A stretch of 64,000 nt of DNA from an uncultured Gemmatimonadota bacterium (lineage in GTDB: Bacteria; Gemmatimonadota; Gemmatimonadetes; Palauibacterales; Palauibacteraceae). The first letter of the stretch is position 1. The number at the start of each line of letters is the position of its first letter. This document shows positions 1 through 10,617 of this stretch, piece after piece. The notes under the pieces are model-generated. The model saw only the letters and a program-made list of their open reading frames with translations. It searched no databases and was not told the DNA's origin. The position numbers and the translations under genes are program-made. The stretch covers positions 127,699-191,698 of the forward strand of contig CAZCLY010000008.1 in the NCBI GenBank assembly GCA_964499635.1, written 5' to 3'.

Positions 1-1512
1 CGGCTCTCGTTCCTCGACGAGGTGGGCCTCGGATACCTCACGCTCGACCGCCAGGCGAAGACGCTCTCGGGGGGCGAGATGCAGCGCATCCGGCTCGCGA
101 GCTGCCTCGGCAGCCGCCTGGTGGACACGCTGTACGTCCTCGACGAGCCGACGATCGGGCTCCACCCGCACGACACGGACCGATTCGTCGGTGTCCTCGA
201 GCGCCTCGCGCGGGCGGGGAACACGGTGCTCGTCGTCGAGCACGAGCCGGCTGTGATCCGCCGGGCCGCCCGCATCGTGGAGCTCGGCCCGGGGGCGGGC
301 GAGTCGGGGGGCGAGGTCGTGTTCGAGGGCGTTTGGGAGGGGCTCCTCGAGGCGGACACGAGCACGGGTCGCGCGCTCGCGGGGCGGGGGAAGCCGGGGG
401 CGGTCACCCGGCGGCGCGGCATCGGCCGCGGTGGCAAGGCGGCCGCCACCCCTGGCGATCGGGGGTGGCTCGAGCTGCGCGGAGCCCGACTCCACAACGT
501 CCGGGGGGCCGACGCGTCGATCCCCCTCGCCGCGCTCACGGCGGTGACCGGGGTGTCCGGCTCCGGGAAGTCCAGCCTCGTCCGGCACGTGCTGTTGCAC
601 GCGCTCGAGGGTGTGCTCGAGGGCGAGACCAGCGCCCGCACGCACCTCGGGGAGCCGGAGGGCACGTACGAGTCGCTGCGCGGCGCCTCGGCCCTCGAGG
701 GCGTGGTGCTCGTCGACCAGCAGCCCATCGGCCGCACGCCGCGCTCCAACCCCGCCACCTACATCAAGGCGTTCAGCGAGATCCGGAAACTGTTCGCCGA
801 TCTGCCGGAGTCCCGGCGACGGGACTACGGACCGGCGTACTTCTCGTTCAACCGCGCCGGAGGACGCTGCGAGCGCTGCAAGGGGGCCGGACAGGAGATC
901 GTCGAGATGGTCTTCCTGGCCGACGTGGCGGTGCCCTGCGAGGCGTGCGGCGGGGCGCGCTACAAGCCGGAGGTCCTCGAGATCGAGTATCGGGGCAGGT
1001 CGATCCTCGATGTCCTCGACCTCACCGTGGACGAGGCGATCCGCTTCTTCATCCGGCAGGACAGGATCGGCGAGGCGCTGTGGCAGCTCCAGCGGGTCGG
1101 GCTCGGCTACCTGAGGCTCGGCCAGCCCGCCACCACGCTCTCCGGGGGCGAGGCGCAGCGCCTCAAGATCGCCCGCGAGCTGGCCCGCCGGGGCAAGGGC
1201 GGCCGACGACTGTACATCCTCGACGAGCCGACCGTGGGGCTCGGGGTCGGCGAGGTCGACACCCTCGTGTCGGTCCTCCGGCAGCTCGTGGACGAGGGCC
1301 ACACGGTCGTGGTCATCGAGCACGATCTCGGGGTCGTGCGCCGGGCCGACTGGATCCTCGACATGGGCCCCGGGGCCGCCGACGAGGGGGGCGAGATCGT
1401 GGTGGCCGGGCCCCCCGCCCGGGTGGCCGCGCACCCCGGCTCCCGTACGGGGGAGCACCTGCGACGCAGGGTCGAGAAGCCCGGACGGACGGTCGCCACG
1501 GTCGGCTCGTGA
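1..1512 (+). CDS. uvrA: UvrA-like excinuclease ABC subunit A (ABC ATPase), 5'-partial. The window begins inside the gene.
   Basis: ABC signature LSGGEMQR, a second Walker A GVSGSGKSS, a second signature LSGGEAQR, and a C-terminal CxxC...CxxC zinc module (RCERCKGAG...CEACGG). The reading frame is open from base 1. Confidence 0.8.
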   Translation, partial: RLSFLDEVGLGYLTLDRQAKTLSGGEMQRIRLASCLGSRLVDTLYVLDEPTIGLHPHDTDRFVGVLERLARAGNTVLVVEHEPAVIRRAARIVELGPGAGESGGEVVFEGVWEGLLEADTSTGRALAGRGKPGAVTRRRGIGRGGKAAATPGDRGWLELRGARLHNVRGADASIPLAALTAVTGVSGSGKSSLVRHVLLHALEGVLEGETSARTHLGEPEGTYESLRGASALEGVVLVDQQPIGRTPRSNPATYIKAFSEIRKLFADLPESRRRDYGPAYFSFNRAGGRCERCKGAGQEIVEMVFLADVAVPCEACGGARYKPEVLEIEYRGRSILDVLDLTVDEAIRFFIRQDRIGEALWQLQRVGLGYLRLGQPATTLSGGEAQRLKIARELARRGKGGRRLYILDEPTVGLGVGEVDTLVSVLRQLVDEGHTVVVIEHDLGVVRRADWILDMGPGAADEGGEIVVAGPPARVAAHPGSRTGEHLRRRVEKPGRTVATVGS

Positions 1513-2585
1513 GCGTCCCGCCGGCGCCGCACATCTCCATCCTCCTTCCCTGTCGCGACGCCGCCCCCTTCCTCCCCGCCTGCATCGCGAGCCTCGAGGC
1601 CCAGACCGAGCCCCGCTTCGAGGCCCTCGTGCTGGATGACGGATCCGCCGATGCGACCGGCCGCCTGCTGGGCGCATGGGCCGAGCGGGATGCCCGCGTG
1701 CGCCGCGTCCCCCCGGCCGCCGGGGGGCTCGTCCCCACGCTGAACGCCCTCGCGAAGGCGGCCCGCGGCGTCCTCCTGGCACGCATGGACGCCGACGATG
1801 TCGCGCACCCGCGCCGGCTGGAGCGGCAACGCGAGCTCCTCGGGGCCCGGCCGGCGATCGCGGCGTGCGGGACACGCGTGCGGTATGTCCCGCGGAGCGA
1901 CGTGGGCCCCGGGTACAGGCGCTACGAGGCGTGGCTCAACGGGCTGACCGAGCCCGAGGAGCTCGCCCGGGACCTGTTCGTGGAGTGTCCCATCTCGCAC
2001 CCGACCCTGATGATCCGCCGGAGCGTGTTCGAGGAGGTCGGAGGCTACGGCGAGATCGAGGGGCCCGAGGACTACGACCTCGTCCTCCGGCTGGCCGCCG
2101 CCGGCCACGCGCTGGCCAACGTGCCCGAGGTCCTGCACGACTGGCGGCTCGGCGATCACCGCCTGTCGGGACGCTCCCCCCGCTACTCCCCGCCGGCCTT
2201 CCGCCGGCTCAAGGCGCGCTGGCTGGCCGAGCTCCTGCCCCGCGGGCGACCGCTGGTCGTCTGGGGTGCCGGCAAGGTCGGGAAGGCGTTCGCGCGCACC
2301 TGGCTCGCGGACGAGGGGCGGACGGTCGCCGCCTTCGTGGATCTCGACCCGCGCAAGATCGGCCAGGAGATCCATGGCGCCCCGGTGATCGCCCCGAGCG
2401 GATTGTGGGGGGGTGGCCCGGGAGAAGCCGGGCCGGCGGGTGCGGCGCCCGCGGGGGAGGTCCCCCCGCCCCGGCGCCCGTACGTGCTGGTGGCGGTGGG
2501 ATCCCCCGGCGCCCGCGACCAGATCCGGGAGACGCTGGCTGCCTCCGGGCTCACGGAGCTCGCGGACTTTCGCGCCGTGGCGTGA
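1509..2585 (+). CDS. Family 2 glycosyltransferase with a C-terminal Rossmann-like (GxGxxG) domain.
   Basis: The N-terminus SILLPCRDAAPFL...VLDDGSADAT...DADD matches the GT2 DXD fold. The C-terminus carries VVWGAGKVGKAF, resembling a NeuD/PglD-like nucleotide-binding module. The GTG start overlaps the uvrA stop (GTGA). Confidence 0.7.
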   Translation: MSVPPAPHISILLPCRDAAPFLPACIASLEAQTEPRFEALVLDDGSADATGRLLGAWAERDARVRRVPPAAGGLVPTLNALAKAARGVLLARMDADDVAHPRRLERQRELLGARPAIAACGTRVRYVPRSDVGPGYRRYEAWLNGLTEPEELARDLFVECPISHPTLMIRRSVFEEVGGYGEIEGPEDYDLVLRLAAAGHALANVPEVLHDWRLGDHRLSGRSPRYSPPAFRRLKARWLAELLPRGRPLVVWGAGKVGKAFARTWLADEGRTVAAFVDLDPRKIGQEIHGAPVIAPSGLWGGGPGEAGPAGAAPAGEVPPPRRPYVLVAVGSPGARDQIRETLAASGLTELADFRAVA

Positions 2586-2694
2586 GGCCCGCCCTCCGCC
2601 GCCGGCCCCGCCCCCGCCGGTCCGGACGGCTCACCGCCGCCTCCGTGTATGATGCAGGACAGCCGATCCCCGCCCGCAGCCGAAGGAGGACGAC

Positions 2695-3297
2695 GTGCGA
2701 CTCCTGCTCGTGAGCGATCTGCACCGTGACCTCGAGGCCGCCGCCTCGGTGGTCGAGCGCGCCACCGGAGTCGACGTGGTGGTCGGAGCGGGCGACTTCG
2801 CGGTCCAGCGCCGGGGGCTGGATGAGATCGTCGACGTCCTGAGCGGGATCCGGGCCCCCACCGTTCTGGTTCCCGGAAACGGAGAGTCGGCCGAAGAGCT
2901 GGACGCCGCGTGCGGGGGCTGGAGCGCCGCACACGTGCTCCATGGCACCGGCATCGAGCTCGCCGGGGTGCCGTTCTTCGGTCTGGGAGGGGGCGTGCCG
3001 GTGACTCCGTTCGGCGACTGGAGCTACGACCTCACCGAGGGGGAGGCGCGCACCCTCCTCGCCGGGTGTCCCGAGCACGCGGTGCTCGTCTCGCACTCGC
3101 CCCCCCGTGGGCACGTGGACCTCGACGGGTCGGGCCGCCACCTCGGGAGCGTCGCCGTGCGGGAGACGATCGAGCGAAGGCGGCCGCGGCTCGTCGTGTG
3201 CGGGCACGTGCACGCTTCGTGGGGCGAGCTCTCGGCGCTCGACGGCGTCCCGATCGTGAATGCAGGTCCGACCGGTTCGACCTGGGATCTCGACTGA
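2695..3297 (+). CDS. Calcineurin-like metallophosphoesterase.
   Basis: Motifs LLLVSDLH, GAGDF and GNGE, and a late VCGHVH, match the metallophosphoesterase signature order. Confidence 0.7.
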   Translation: MRLLLVSDLHRDLEAAASVVERATGVDVVVGAGDFAVQRRGLDEIVDVLSGIRAPTVLVPGNGESAEELDAACGGWSAAHVLHGTGIELAGVPFFGLGGGVPVTPFGDWSYDLTEGEARTLLAGCPEHAVLVSHSPPRGHVDLDGSGRHLGSVAVRETIERRRPRLVVCGHVHASWGELSALDGVPIVNAGPTGSTWDLD

Positions 3298-3515
3298 GCC
3301 AGCCCGCGCGGGGACCCCCCGGGACCCGCGCTCGCTCATGCCCGCAACGTGCGTCCGGAGCGGCATTTGCCACGACCGGCCGTCGGTTCGAAGGGCCGGT
3401 TTGAAGGTCGCGTGACGCGGCTTGCAAGCGTAAATTGTACGGTCCCTCCGCGTCGCACCGGGACCCTCGGAAAACACCCGTTTCCCAGAGGAAGAACCGA
3501 ACCGTACGGGAGTCC

Positions 3516-6041
3516 ATGGAGACCACCGAAAATCCGGATCGTATACAGCCCCGTCTGCTTGAAGACGAGATGCGCGATTCGTTCATCGATTACTCGATGA
3601 GCGTCATCGTGCAGCGCGCCCTTCCGGACGTGCGCGACGGGCTCAAGCCGGTCCACCGCCGCATCCTGTACGCCATGCACGAGGCGGGTCTCTCCCCGAC
3701 ACGACCCTACAAGAAGAGCGCCACGGTCGTCGGGGACGTGCTCGGCAAGTACCACCCGCACGGCGATAGCGCCGTGTACGATTCGCTCGTCCGCATGGTG
3801 CAGGACTTCTCGCTCCGCTACCCGCTCGTCGATGGTCAGGGGAACTTCGGCTCCATCGATGGCGACTCCGCGGCGGCGTACCGGTACACGGAGGCGCGGC
3901 TGGCGGCGGTGGCGGGCGAGATGTTGTCCGACATCGACAAGGACACCGTCGACTTCGCACCCAACTTCGACGACCGGCTGCGGGAGCCGACCGTCCTGCC
4001 GTCCACCCTGCCGAACCTGCTGGTCAACGGCTCCTCGGGGATCGCGGTCGGCATGGCGACGAACATCCCGCCCCACAACCTGCGCGAGATCGTGGCCGCC
4101 TGCCGGGCGCTGATCGACGATCCAGGGACGACGATCGACGGACTCATGACGCACGTGCTGGGTCCCGATTTCCCCACGGGCGCCTTCATCTTCGGCAAAC
4201 ACGGGATCCGCGAGGCGTACGAGACCGGTCGGGGGCGCCTCGTTATGCGGGCGAAAGCGCACATCGAGGAACGGGCGCGGGGCGGCGAGCAGATCGTGGT
4301 GACCGAGATCCCGTTCATGGTGAACAAGACCCGCCTCATCGAGCAGGTCGCGCAGCTCGTACGCGACAAGCGGATCACGGACATCTCGGATCTCCGGGAC
4401 GAGTCCGCCCGACAGGGAATCCGTCTGGTCATCGAGCTCAAGCGCGACGCGATTCCCCAGATCGTCCTCAACCAGCTCTTCAAGCACACCCAGATGCAGT
4501 CGACCTTCGGCGTGATCATGCTCGCCCTGGTCGGCGGCGTGCCGCAGGTGATGGACCTCAAGACGATGCTCGAGCACTTCCTCGAGCACCGGCACGAGGT
4601 GGTGGAGCGGCGGAGCCGTTTCGAGCTCACGGCCGCCAGGGATCGCGAGCACGTGCTCGAGGGGCTCAAGATCGCGGTCGACAACATCGACGAGGTCATC
4701 AAGCTCATCCGGGCCGCCACCGACACCGACACGGCCCGCGTCGAGCTCCAGACCCGCTTCGAGCTCAGCGAGCGCCAGGCCCAGGCGATCCTCGACATGC
4801 GGCTGGCCCGGCTCACGGGCCTCGAGATCGAGAAGCTGGAGGAGGAGCTCACGGAGGTCCGGGCCCGCCGCAAGGAGCTGGAAGCCATCCTCGCCTCGCG
4901 CGAGCGCCGCATGGCGATCGTGGGCGAGGAACTCGAGGCGGTGGCCGCCAAATACGGGGACGAGCGCCGCACGGAGATCGTGGATGTGCGGGCCGACTTC
5001 ACCGAGGAGGACCTGATCGCCGAGGAGTCCATGGTGATCACGGTGTCGCACGCCGGATACATCAAGCGCATCCAGCCGGAGGTGTACCGCGCGCAACGGC
5101 GGGGCGGGCGCGGGATCGCGGGGATGGGGACGAAGGAGGAGGACTGGGTCGAGCACCTGTTCCTCGCCTCGACCCACGACTACCTGATGATATTCACCGG
5201 TCGCGGCCAGGTGTACTGGCTCAAGGTGTACGAGATCCCCCCCGCGGGGCGCACGGCGCGCGGAAAGCCGATCGTCAACCTGCTGTCGATCGACAAGGAG
5301 GAGGAGATCGCCTCCATCGTCCGCGTGCGCGAGTTCACGGACGACCGCTCGCTCATGTTCGCAACCCGACGCGGGCTGGTGAAGAAGACGAGCCTCGCCG
5401 ACTACGGCAACGTGCGCTCGACCGGCATCAACGCGATCAACATCCTCGACGACGACCGCCTCATCGACGTGCAGCTCACGGACGGGACGAACGACGTGAT
5501 CCTCGCCACGCGACGGGGCATGTCGATCCGCTTCGCCGAGTCGGATGTGCGCGGGATGGGGCGAGCGACGCAGGGGGTGCGGGGCATCAATCTGGGCCAG
5601 GACGACGCGGTGGTGGGCATGGTGGTCGTGCGCCGCGAGGGCACGCTGTTGACGGCCACCGAGACCGGAATGGGCAAGCGCAGTGACGTGGACGACTACC
5701 GTGTCCAGCGCCGGGGCGGGAAGGGACTCATCAACCTCAAGCTGTCGGCCAAGACCGGGCGCGTGGTCGCCGTCCGCGAGGTGACGGACGAAGACGAGCT
5801 CATGCTGGTCACGAGGAACGGCGTGATAAACCGCCAGTCGGCCGCCGAGATCCGGGTCATCGGCCGCAACACCCAGGGCGTGCGGCTCATCATGCTGGAC
5901 GAGGGCGACGAGCTGGTGGATGTGGCCCGCGTGATCGACGAGGACGCCGACATCGATGAGGACGAGGAGCTCGCGGCGAACGCGGGGGAGGGCGAGGACG
6001 CCGACGATGGGGAGGTCGTCGAGGCGGAGTCCGAGGAGTGA
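3516..6041 (+). CDS. gyrA: DNA gyrase subunit A.
   Basis: The N-terminus [46 protein letters not shown] contains the active-site Tyr region. The protein is ~840 aa with an acidic C-terminal tail. GGAG lies upstream of the ATG at 3516. Confidence 0.93.
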   Translation: METTENPDRIQPRLLEDEMRDSFIDYSMSVIVQRALPDVRDGLKPVHRRILYAMHEAGLSPTRPYKKSATVVGDVLGKYHPHGDSAVYDSLVRMVQDFSLRYPLVDGQGNFGSIDGDSAAAYRYTEARLAAVAGEMLSDIDKDTVDFAPNFDDRLREPTVLPSTLPNLLVNGSSGIAVGMATNIPPHNLREIVAACRALIDDPGTTIDGLMTHVLGPDFPTGAFIFGKHGIREAYETGRGRLVMRAKAHIEERARGGEQIVVTEIPFMVNKTRLIEQVAQLVRDKRITDISDLRDESARQGIRLVIELKRDAIPQIVLNQLFKHTQMQSTFGVIMLALVGGVPQVMDLKTMLEHFLEHRHEVVERRSRFELTAARDREHVLEGLKIAVDNIDEVIKLIRAATDTDTARVELQTRFELSERQAQAILDMRLARLTGLEIEKLEEELTEVRARRKELEAILASRERRMAIVGEELEAVAAKYGDERRTEIVDVRADFTEEDLIAEESMVITVSHAGYIKRIQPEVYRAQRRGGRGIAGMGTKEEDWVEHLFLASTHDYLMIFTGRGQVYWLKVYEIPPAGRTARGKPIVNLLSIDKEEEIASIVRVREFTDDRSLMFATRRGLVKKTSLADYGNVRSTGINAINILDDDRLIDVQLTDGTNDVILATRRGMSIRFAESDVRGMGRATQGVRGINLGQDDAVVGMVVVRREGTLLTATETGMGKRSDVDDYRVQRRGGKGLINLKLSAKTGRVVAVREVTDEDELMLVTRNGVINRQSAAEIRVIGRNTQGVRLIMLDEGDELVDVARVIDEDADIDEDEELAANAGEGEDADDGEVVEAESEE

Positions 6042-7030
6042 GCGGGGACGACGGACTCGTCACGCTCTCCGACATCGAAGCCGCGCGCGACCGCCTCGGG
6101 TCGGCCGTACGGCGGACTCCGCTGCTGACCGCCCCACACCCGCGGGCCGGGGGCCGCGCATCGGGGGACGGCCCCGATGCGATGTGGCTCAAGTGCGAGA
6201 ACCTCCAGTGGGTGTCGGCCTTCAAGGCGCGTGGCGCCTACCACTTCGTAAGCCGGCTGACGGCCGCCGAGCGGGACGCGGGGTTGCTCACCTACTCCTC
6301 CGGCAACCACGCCCAGGCGGTCGCGTTCGCCGCCCGGGCGTTCGGCGCGCGGGCGCGAATTGTGATGCCGGTGGACGCGCCGGCCGTGAAGCGCGAGGGA
6401 ACCATGGCGTTGGGGGCGCGGGTGGAGTTCGCGGGCACTACCTCGGCGGAGCGCAAGCAGCGCGCGGAGGAGATCCAGCGCGCGGAGGGCGGGACCATGG
6501 TGCCGCCGTTCGATCACCCGCACATCATCGCCGGGCAGGGGACGACCGGGCTCGAGATCCTCGAGCAGCTGGCGCCCCGGCGCCCGGGGCTCGTGCTCGT
6601 GCCCGTCGGCGGTGGCGGACTCCTGTCGGGCGTGGCGGCGGCCGTGCGGGGCCTGTGTCCGGAGGCGACGATCGTGGGGGTGGAGCCGGAAGGTGCGGCC
6701 TCCATGCAGCGCTCGCTTGCGGAGGGCGGACCTGTCACGCTCGACTCGGTCGACACGATCGCCGACGGCCTCAAGCCCGTGAGGCCCGGCGACCTGACCT
6801 ATCGTCACTGCCGCGCGCTCGTGGATCGCGTCGTCACGGTCACCGACACGGCCATCCGCGATGCGGTGGTGTGGCTGTTCGGACGCAGGCTGGTGGTCGA
6901 GCCGAGCGGGGCCGCGACCGTGGCGGCGCTGCTCGAAGGCGCCGTCGACCCGGCGGAGCACGGAGCCACCGTGGCGGTCCTCTCGGGGGGCAACATCGAG
7001 CCCGCGCTCCTCGCCGGGTGGATCGCCTAG
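6038..7030 (+). CDS. PLP-dependent threonine/serine dehydratase (threonine ammonia-lyase-like).
   Basis: The [11 protein letters not shown]-lysine motif, a glycine-rich GGGGLLSG loop, and ~330 aa length support the call. The GTG start overlaps the gyrA stop. Confidence 0.78.
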   Translation: MSGDDGLVTLSDIEAARDRLGSAVRRTPLLTAPHPRAGGRASGDGPDAMWLKCENLQWVSAFKARGAYHFVSRLTAAERDAGLLTYSSGNHAQAVAFAARAFGARARIVMPVDAPAVKREGTMALGARVEFAGTTSAERKQRAEEIQRAEGGTMVPPFDHPHIIAGQGTTGLEILEQLAPRRPGLVLVPVGGGGLLSGVAAAVRGLCPEATIVGVEPEGAASMQRSLAEGGPVTLDSVDTIADGLKPVRPGDLTYRHCRALVDRVVTVTDTAIRDAVVWLFGRRLVVEPSGAATVAALLEGAVDPAEHGATVAVLSGGNIEPALLAGWIA

Positions 7031-7050
7031 GCCGTCCGCGTCCGGCGCCG

Positions 7051-7779
7051 GTGTCCCTCCTCGTCCTGTTCGACGTCGATGGCACGCTGATCGACTCGGC
7101 GGGGGCCGGCCGCGAGGCCATCGAAGGCGCTCTCCACGATGTGTACGGGACGGCGGGTCCGATCGACGAGCTCCCGTTCGACGGGCTCACGGATCCCTCG
7201 ATCGCCCGCACCCTGCTGCGGGCGGGCGGGATCGCCGATGCCCGCATCGAGGCCGGGCTCGACGCCCTGTGGGCGACGTACCTGGCGCGGCTCGCCGACA
7301 GCCTCGGGGCCCGCGCCGGCCGCGTCCGTGCGCTGGACGGCGTCTCGGCGCTGCTCGATGCGCTGGCGGGCGCCGGGGCGGTGGTGGGGCTGGTCACCGG
7401 GAACATCGAGCCGGGCGCCGCCCGCAAGCTCGACGCGTGCGGGCTCGGGGGCCGGTTTTCGTTCGGCGCCTTCGGGTCCGACGCGGAGGACCGGGATGCC
7501 CTTCCGGCGATCGCGCTCGAGCGGGCCACGGCCTCCACGGGCTGCCCCTTCGCTCCCGACCGCGTATGGATCGTGGGGGATACGCCGCGCGACGTCCGCT
7601 GTGCCCGGGCGGGTGGCGTGCGGGCCCTCGCCGTGGCGTCGGGCCGCTATTCGGTCGCGCAACTGGCCGCGTGCGCCCCCGACCACGTCACGAGCTCGCT
7701 GGCCGATACGGAGTGGGTCCTCGAACGGCTGACCGGTCGCGCGGGAGCGCCCCAGTCGCGACATTCGGGACGGGCATGA
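7051..7779 (+). CDS. HAD-superfamily hydrolase (phosphoglycolate phosphatase-like).
   Basis: The N-terminal DVDGTL motif I, a GLVTGN motif, and the C-terminal VGDTPRDV motif IV are all present. Confidence 0.7.
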   Translation: MSLLVLFDVDGTLIDSAGAGREAIEGALHDVYGTAGPIDELPFDGLTDPSIARTLLRAGGIADARIEAGLDALWATYLARLADSLGARAGRVRALDGVSALLDALAGAGAVVGLVTGNIEPGAARKLDACGLGGRFSFGAFGSDAEDRDALPAIALERATASTGCPFAPDRVWIVGDTPRDVRCARAGGVRALAVASGRYSVAQLAACAPDHVTSSLADTEWVLERLTGRAGAPQSRHSGRA

Positions 7780-9248
7780 GCGCACACGAGGGGGCGGTTC
7801 CGGTGTCGGTGGAAGACGTCCAGACCAGGGTGGGTAGAGGCGGACGCGGGGAGGGCGAGTCGCGCGAGTTCGTCCTCGACGTGCTGGTCGATGGCAGTCC
7901 CGTGCGACGCAACGCGAGGGTCGCGTACTCCGACGACCACCTGCGCGTGGATGACCAGCAGCTCCCGCTCGATACCGTCTTCTGGGTGTCGCGCCGCGCC
8001 GGCCTCGTACTCCTGTTCGCCCGCAAGGTCACCCTCGCCCTGCTCGGCAGGAGCGGTGATCTGGAGGAGCTGGCTCGGGCCGTGGAGCGCGGAAGCGACC
8101 GGGCCGCCCAGCGGTCGCTTCTCCAGCCGCTCACGCGGGAGGTCGTGGTGTGCACGGCCGGCACGGCGGTGAGCGGGTCGATCGGCGATACCCGGGTGTC
8201 CGGCCTCCACCTGGCGGTGTTCACCCAGCGTGCCCTCCACCTGTTCGCCGGATCGCGCAGCCACTCGATCGAATGGCCGGTGGGCCGCGTCGGCCAGCTC
8301 GGGTCGGCGCCGGGCGAGCGCGGACGCGGCGGCCTGCGCCTGACCTCCGATCGCCTGTCGCTGACGCTGCGCTACCTGTTTCCCGAGGAGATCCAGGCCG
8401 TGGCCCGCGTGGCGACGCGGCCGCCGGCGCCCCCCCCGGAGCCGGACAGCTCGCTGGAGATGTTCGCCCGGGGCGAGGTGGCCCCTCCGCCGCCACCGAA
8501 GCTCCCCGAGTTCGCCGTTTCGGCCGAGGTCCTCAGGGAGGCGTGCGAGCTCGCGACGAGCCGGGTGCGGGTCGATCCGACGCTGTCGTCGCGCTTCGAC
8601 GATGGGTTCTTCGGTCGGCATTTCCAGGATCTCGGGGAGATCGCGCTCGGTCCCCTGATGCTCCGGAAGTCAGCGGCGGCCGGCGCCTCCTCGCTGGCCC
8701 GGGCGGTGGAAGCGCTCGATGCGGACCGGCTCCGGGAGGACGCCGTGGCGGCCTTCCGGGCGGCCGCCGACCACCTGTTCGATGTGTACGGCGGCGCCGT
8801 CGAACGTCTGATGACCGAGCGCCGGATCGACCGCGAGGCCACCCGGGCGATCCGCTCGAGCGTCGAGGATCGGGATCGTATCGACGCGTGCGTGGGCTCG
8901 ATCGTGCGGACGCTCGACCCGACGTTCGAGCGCGTCCTGGCCCGGCAGCACCTGCTCCTGCAGCGGTTGCAGGCATACGAGCACGCGCCGCCCGACACGG
9001 ACGACACGGGGGTCGAAGAGGCCGCGGACGAATGGCGCGCTGACCTCCTGGCGCTCGATCGGGCCTACGGCTCGGCCTGGAGCGCGCTGCTCGAGGAGAT
9101 GGCAGAGACGTGGTCGGAACGGTTCCTGCCACGTCTCGTGGCGCTGTCCGCCATTCCGGGACGCCGCTTGTCCGAGGCCGCCCGATTGGCGATCCTCGCG
9201 GCGATCACGTTCGTTGCGGTGGCCGCGCTGGCGATCTGGGTGCTGTAG
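7776..9248 (+). CDS. Hypothetical 490-aa protein with a Pro-rich linker and a C-terminal TM anchor.
   Basis: The ATG overlaps the HAD stop (ATGA). The central linker PPAPPPEPD...PPPPPKLPEF is Pro-rich and the C-terminal helix AILAAITFVAVAALAIWVL is hydrophobic. I recognise no family. Confidence 0.5.
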   Translation: MSAHEGAVPVSVEDVQTRVGRGGRGEGESREFVLDVLVDGSPVRRNARVAYSDDHLRVDDQQLPLDTVFWVSRRAGLVLLFARKVTLALLGRSGDLEELARAVERGSDRAAQRSLLQPLTREVVVCTAGTAVSGSIGDTRVSGLHLAVFTQRALHLFAGSRSHSIEWPVGRVGQLGSAPGERGRGGLRLTSDRLSLTLRYLFPEEIQAVARVATRPPAPPPEPDSSLEMFARGEVAPPPPPKLPEFAVSAEVLREACELATSRVRVDPTLSSRFDDGFFGRHFQDLGEIALGPLMLRKSAAAGASSLARAVEALDADRLREDAVAAFRAAADHLFDVYGGAVERLMTERRIDREATRAIRSSVEDRDRIDACVGSIVRTLDPTFERVLARQHLLLQRLQAYEHAPPDTDDTGVEEAADEWRADLLALDRAYGSAWSALLEEMAETWSERFLPRLVALSAIPGRRLSEAARLAILAAITFVAVAALAIWVL

Positions 9249-9338
9249 GCGGCCACGGAAGGACGACGCCGGCAGATTCGAGGCGGGCGCGGGCCCACCG
9301 GGCGCTCGCCGCCCGGCAAGACACACGGGAGGGAAGCG

Positions 9339-10124
9339 TTGGCTCAGCAGAAGACACCGCGGGCGCGGGGACGGCCCGCGGGCACGAAACCCGAGTCGGA
9401 CGGCGGGAAGTGGCTGTTCTACGGAATCGCGGCGGTGATCGTGGTGGCCGGCATGGCCTGGCTTCTCGTAGCGCGTGACCGGGGGATCGGGCAAAGCGCG
9501 GCGCTACCCACCCCGGAGGAGTTCCAGGCGCTCGCCCAGGAGGTGGATGCGGATTCGAGCGTCGGGATCTCGGCGGGCCCGGAGACGGCGCCGGTCGAGC
9601 TCGTCGAGTTCGCCGACTACTCCTGTCCGCATTGCGCCACCTTCGCCGGCTTCGCCGGCAAGCTGCTCCGGCAGAACTACGTCGAGACCGCGAACGCCCC
9701 GGTCCACTGGGTGATGTACGACTACGTGCTGGGCAACTTCCCCAACTCGGTGCCGGCCGCGATCGCGGCCCGCTGCGCCGGTGACCAGGGCCGGTACTGG
9801 CCCATGCACGATCTCCTGTTCTCGCGTCAGAACGCGTGGTGGTCGAGCGGCGCCCCGAACCAGGTGTTCGACGATCTGGCGCAGCAGGTGGGGCTCGATA
9901 TGGAGGCCTACCGCGAATGCGTGGCCGACGGCCGCCACCTGAGGGAGGTGGTGGCGTCGCGCAAGTACGGCGACCAGCTGGGGGTGTCCTCGACCCCGAC
10001 CCTGTTCCTCAACGGCCGGCGACTCGACCTCGGCGGCAAGGAGCCCTACAGCTACATCGAGGGTCTCATCAAGGCCGAGCTCGAAGCGGCGGCGGGCAAG
10101 GATTCCTCCGAGGGCGGTCCGTGA
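9339..10124 (+). CDS. DsbA-family thiol:disulfide oxidoreductase, membrane-anchored.
   Basis: The CPHC active site sits in a thioredoxin-like context, with an N-terminal TM helix. A TTG start has GGGAGGGAAG upstream. Confidence 0.78.
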   Translation: MAQQKTPRARGRPAGTKPESDGGKWLFYGIAAVIVVAGMAWLLVARDRGIGQSAALPTPEEFQALAQEVDADSSVGISAGPETAPVELVEFADYSCPHCATFAGFAGKLLRQNYVETANAPVHWVMYDYVLGNFPNSVPAAIAARCAGDQGRYWPMHDLLFSRQNAWWSSGAPNQVFDDLAQQVGLDMEAYRECVADGRHLREVVASRKYGDQLGVSSTPTLFLNGRRLDLGGKEPYSYIEGLIKAELEAAAGKDSSEGGP

Positions 10125-10570
10125 CCGCAGTGACTCGACGCCGTGGAATCGTCCTCCTGGCGTTGATCGGTGTGTTCCTGTCGGCCTACCTCTTCCTCCA
10201 CGCGCTCGGCTTCTACGGCGAGCTCGTGTGCGGCGCCGGCGGCGGCTGCAGCCGGGTCCAGGCCTCGCGCTGGGCGACGTTCCTCGGCTTCCCGGTCGCC
10301 GGGTGGGGGCTGGGCTGGTACGCGGCGGTGCTGGCTGTATCGCTGCTCGCGATCCAGACGTCGCTGGGAGCGAAGCGGGGCGTGTCCATGACGCTCCTCG
10401 TCCTGGCCGCCGGTGGGCTGGGGTTCACGATCTACCTGAAGTCCGTCGAGATCTTCGTGATCCACGCGATCTGCAGGTGGTGCGTGGGGAGCGCCGTCCT
10501 GGCGCTCTCGATCTTCGTGCTCGCCCTGCCGGAATGGCGGCTCGTGCGGAGGGGCGCCACCGGGGTGTGA
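10121..10570 (+). CDS. Vitamin K epoxide reductase (VKOR) family protein.
   Basis: A CGAGGGC motif, a CxxC (CRWC) motif in the last helix, and a polytopic ~150-aa membrane protein fit VKOR. The GTG start overlaps the dsbA stop. Confidence 0.72.
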   Translation: MTAVTRRRGIVLLALIGVFLSAYLFLHALGFYGELVCGAGGGCSRVQASRWATFLGFPVAGWGLGWYAAVLAVSLLAIQTSLGAKRGVSMTLLVLAAGGLGFTIYLKSVEIFVIHAICRWCVGSAVLALSIFVLALPEWRLVRRGATGV

Positions 10571-10588
10571 TCCGGGCCGTCGGATGAG

Positions 10589-10613
10589 CGGTTGGGCGGG
10601 CCGCCCAACCGCG
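10589..10613. terminator. Bidirectional hairpin terminator between the convergent VKOR and sigma-factor genes.
   Basis: gcggttgggcgg-g-ccgcccaaccgc is a near-perfect 12-bp inverted repeat in a 47-bp convergent gap. Confidence 0.45.
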
Positions 10614-10617
10614 GCTG

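Noticed and set aside
333-2585. A 750-aa + ORF running through uvrA into the GT2 gene.
   Set aside because: It is an alternative frame over uvrA, and only its distal third (from GTG 1509) is the real GT2 reading frame. The N-terminal part is Arg/Gly-rich.
3375-3400. A tRNA-like TΨC motif (GGTTCGAAGGGCCGG) upstream of gyrA.
   Set aside because: The flanks do not form acceptor, D or anticodon arms. It is just a CCGGCC/GGCCGG hairpin. No tRNA, rRNA or CRISPR array is evident anywhere in the window.
3336-5177. A 613-aa minus-strand ORF opposite gyrA. Similar long antisense ORFs lie opposite copA, tdh/tonB, the GT-C gene and pilM (e.g. 53314-55977, 58236-60314, 36803-38443).
   Set aside because: These ORFs are antisense to strongly supported genes and have junk-like composition.
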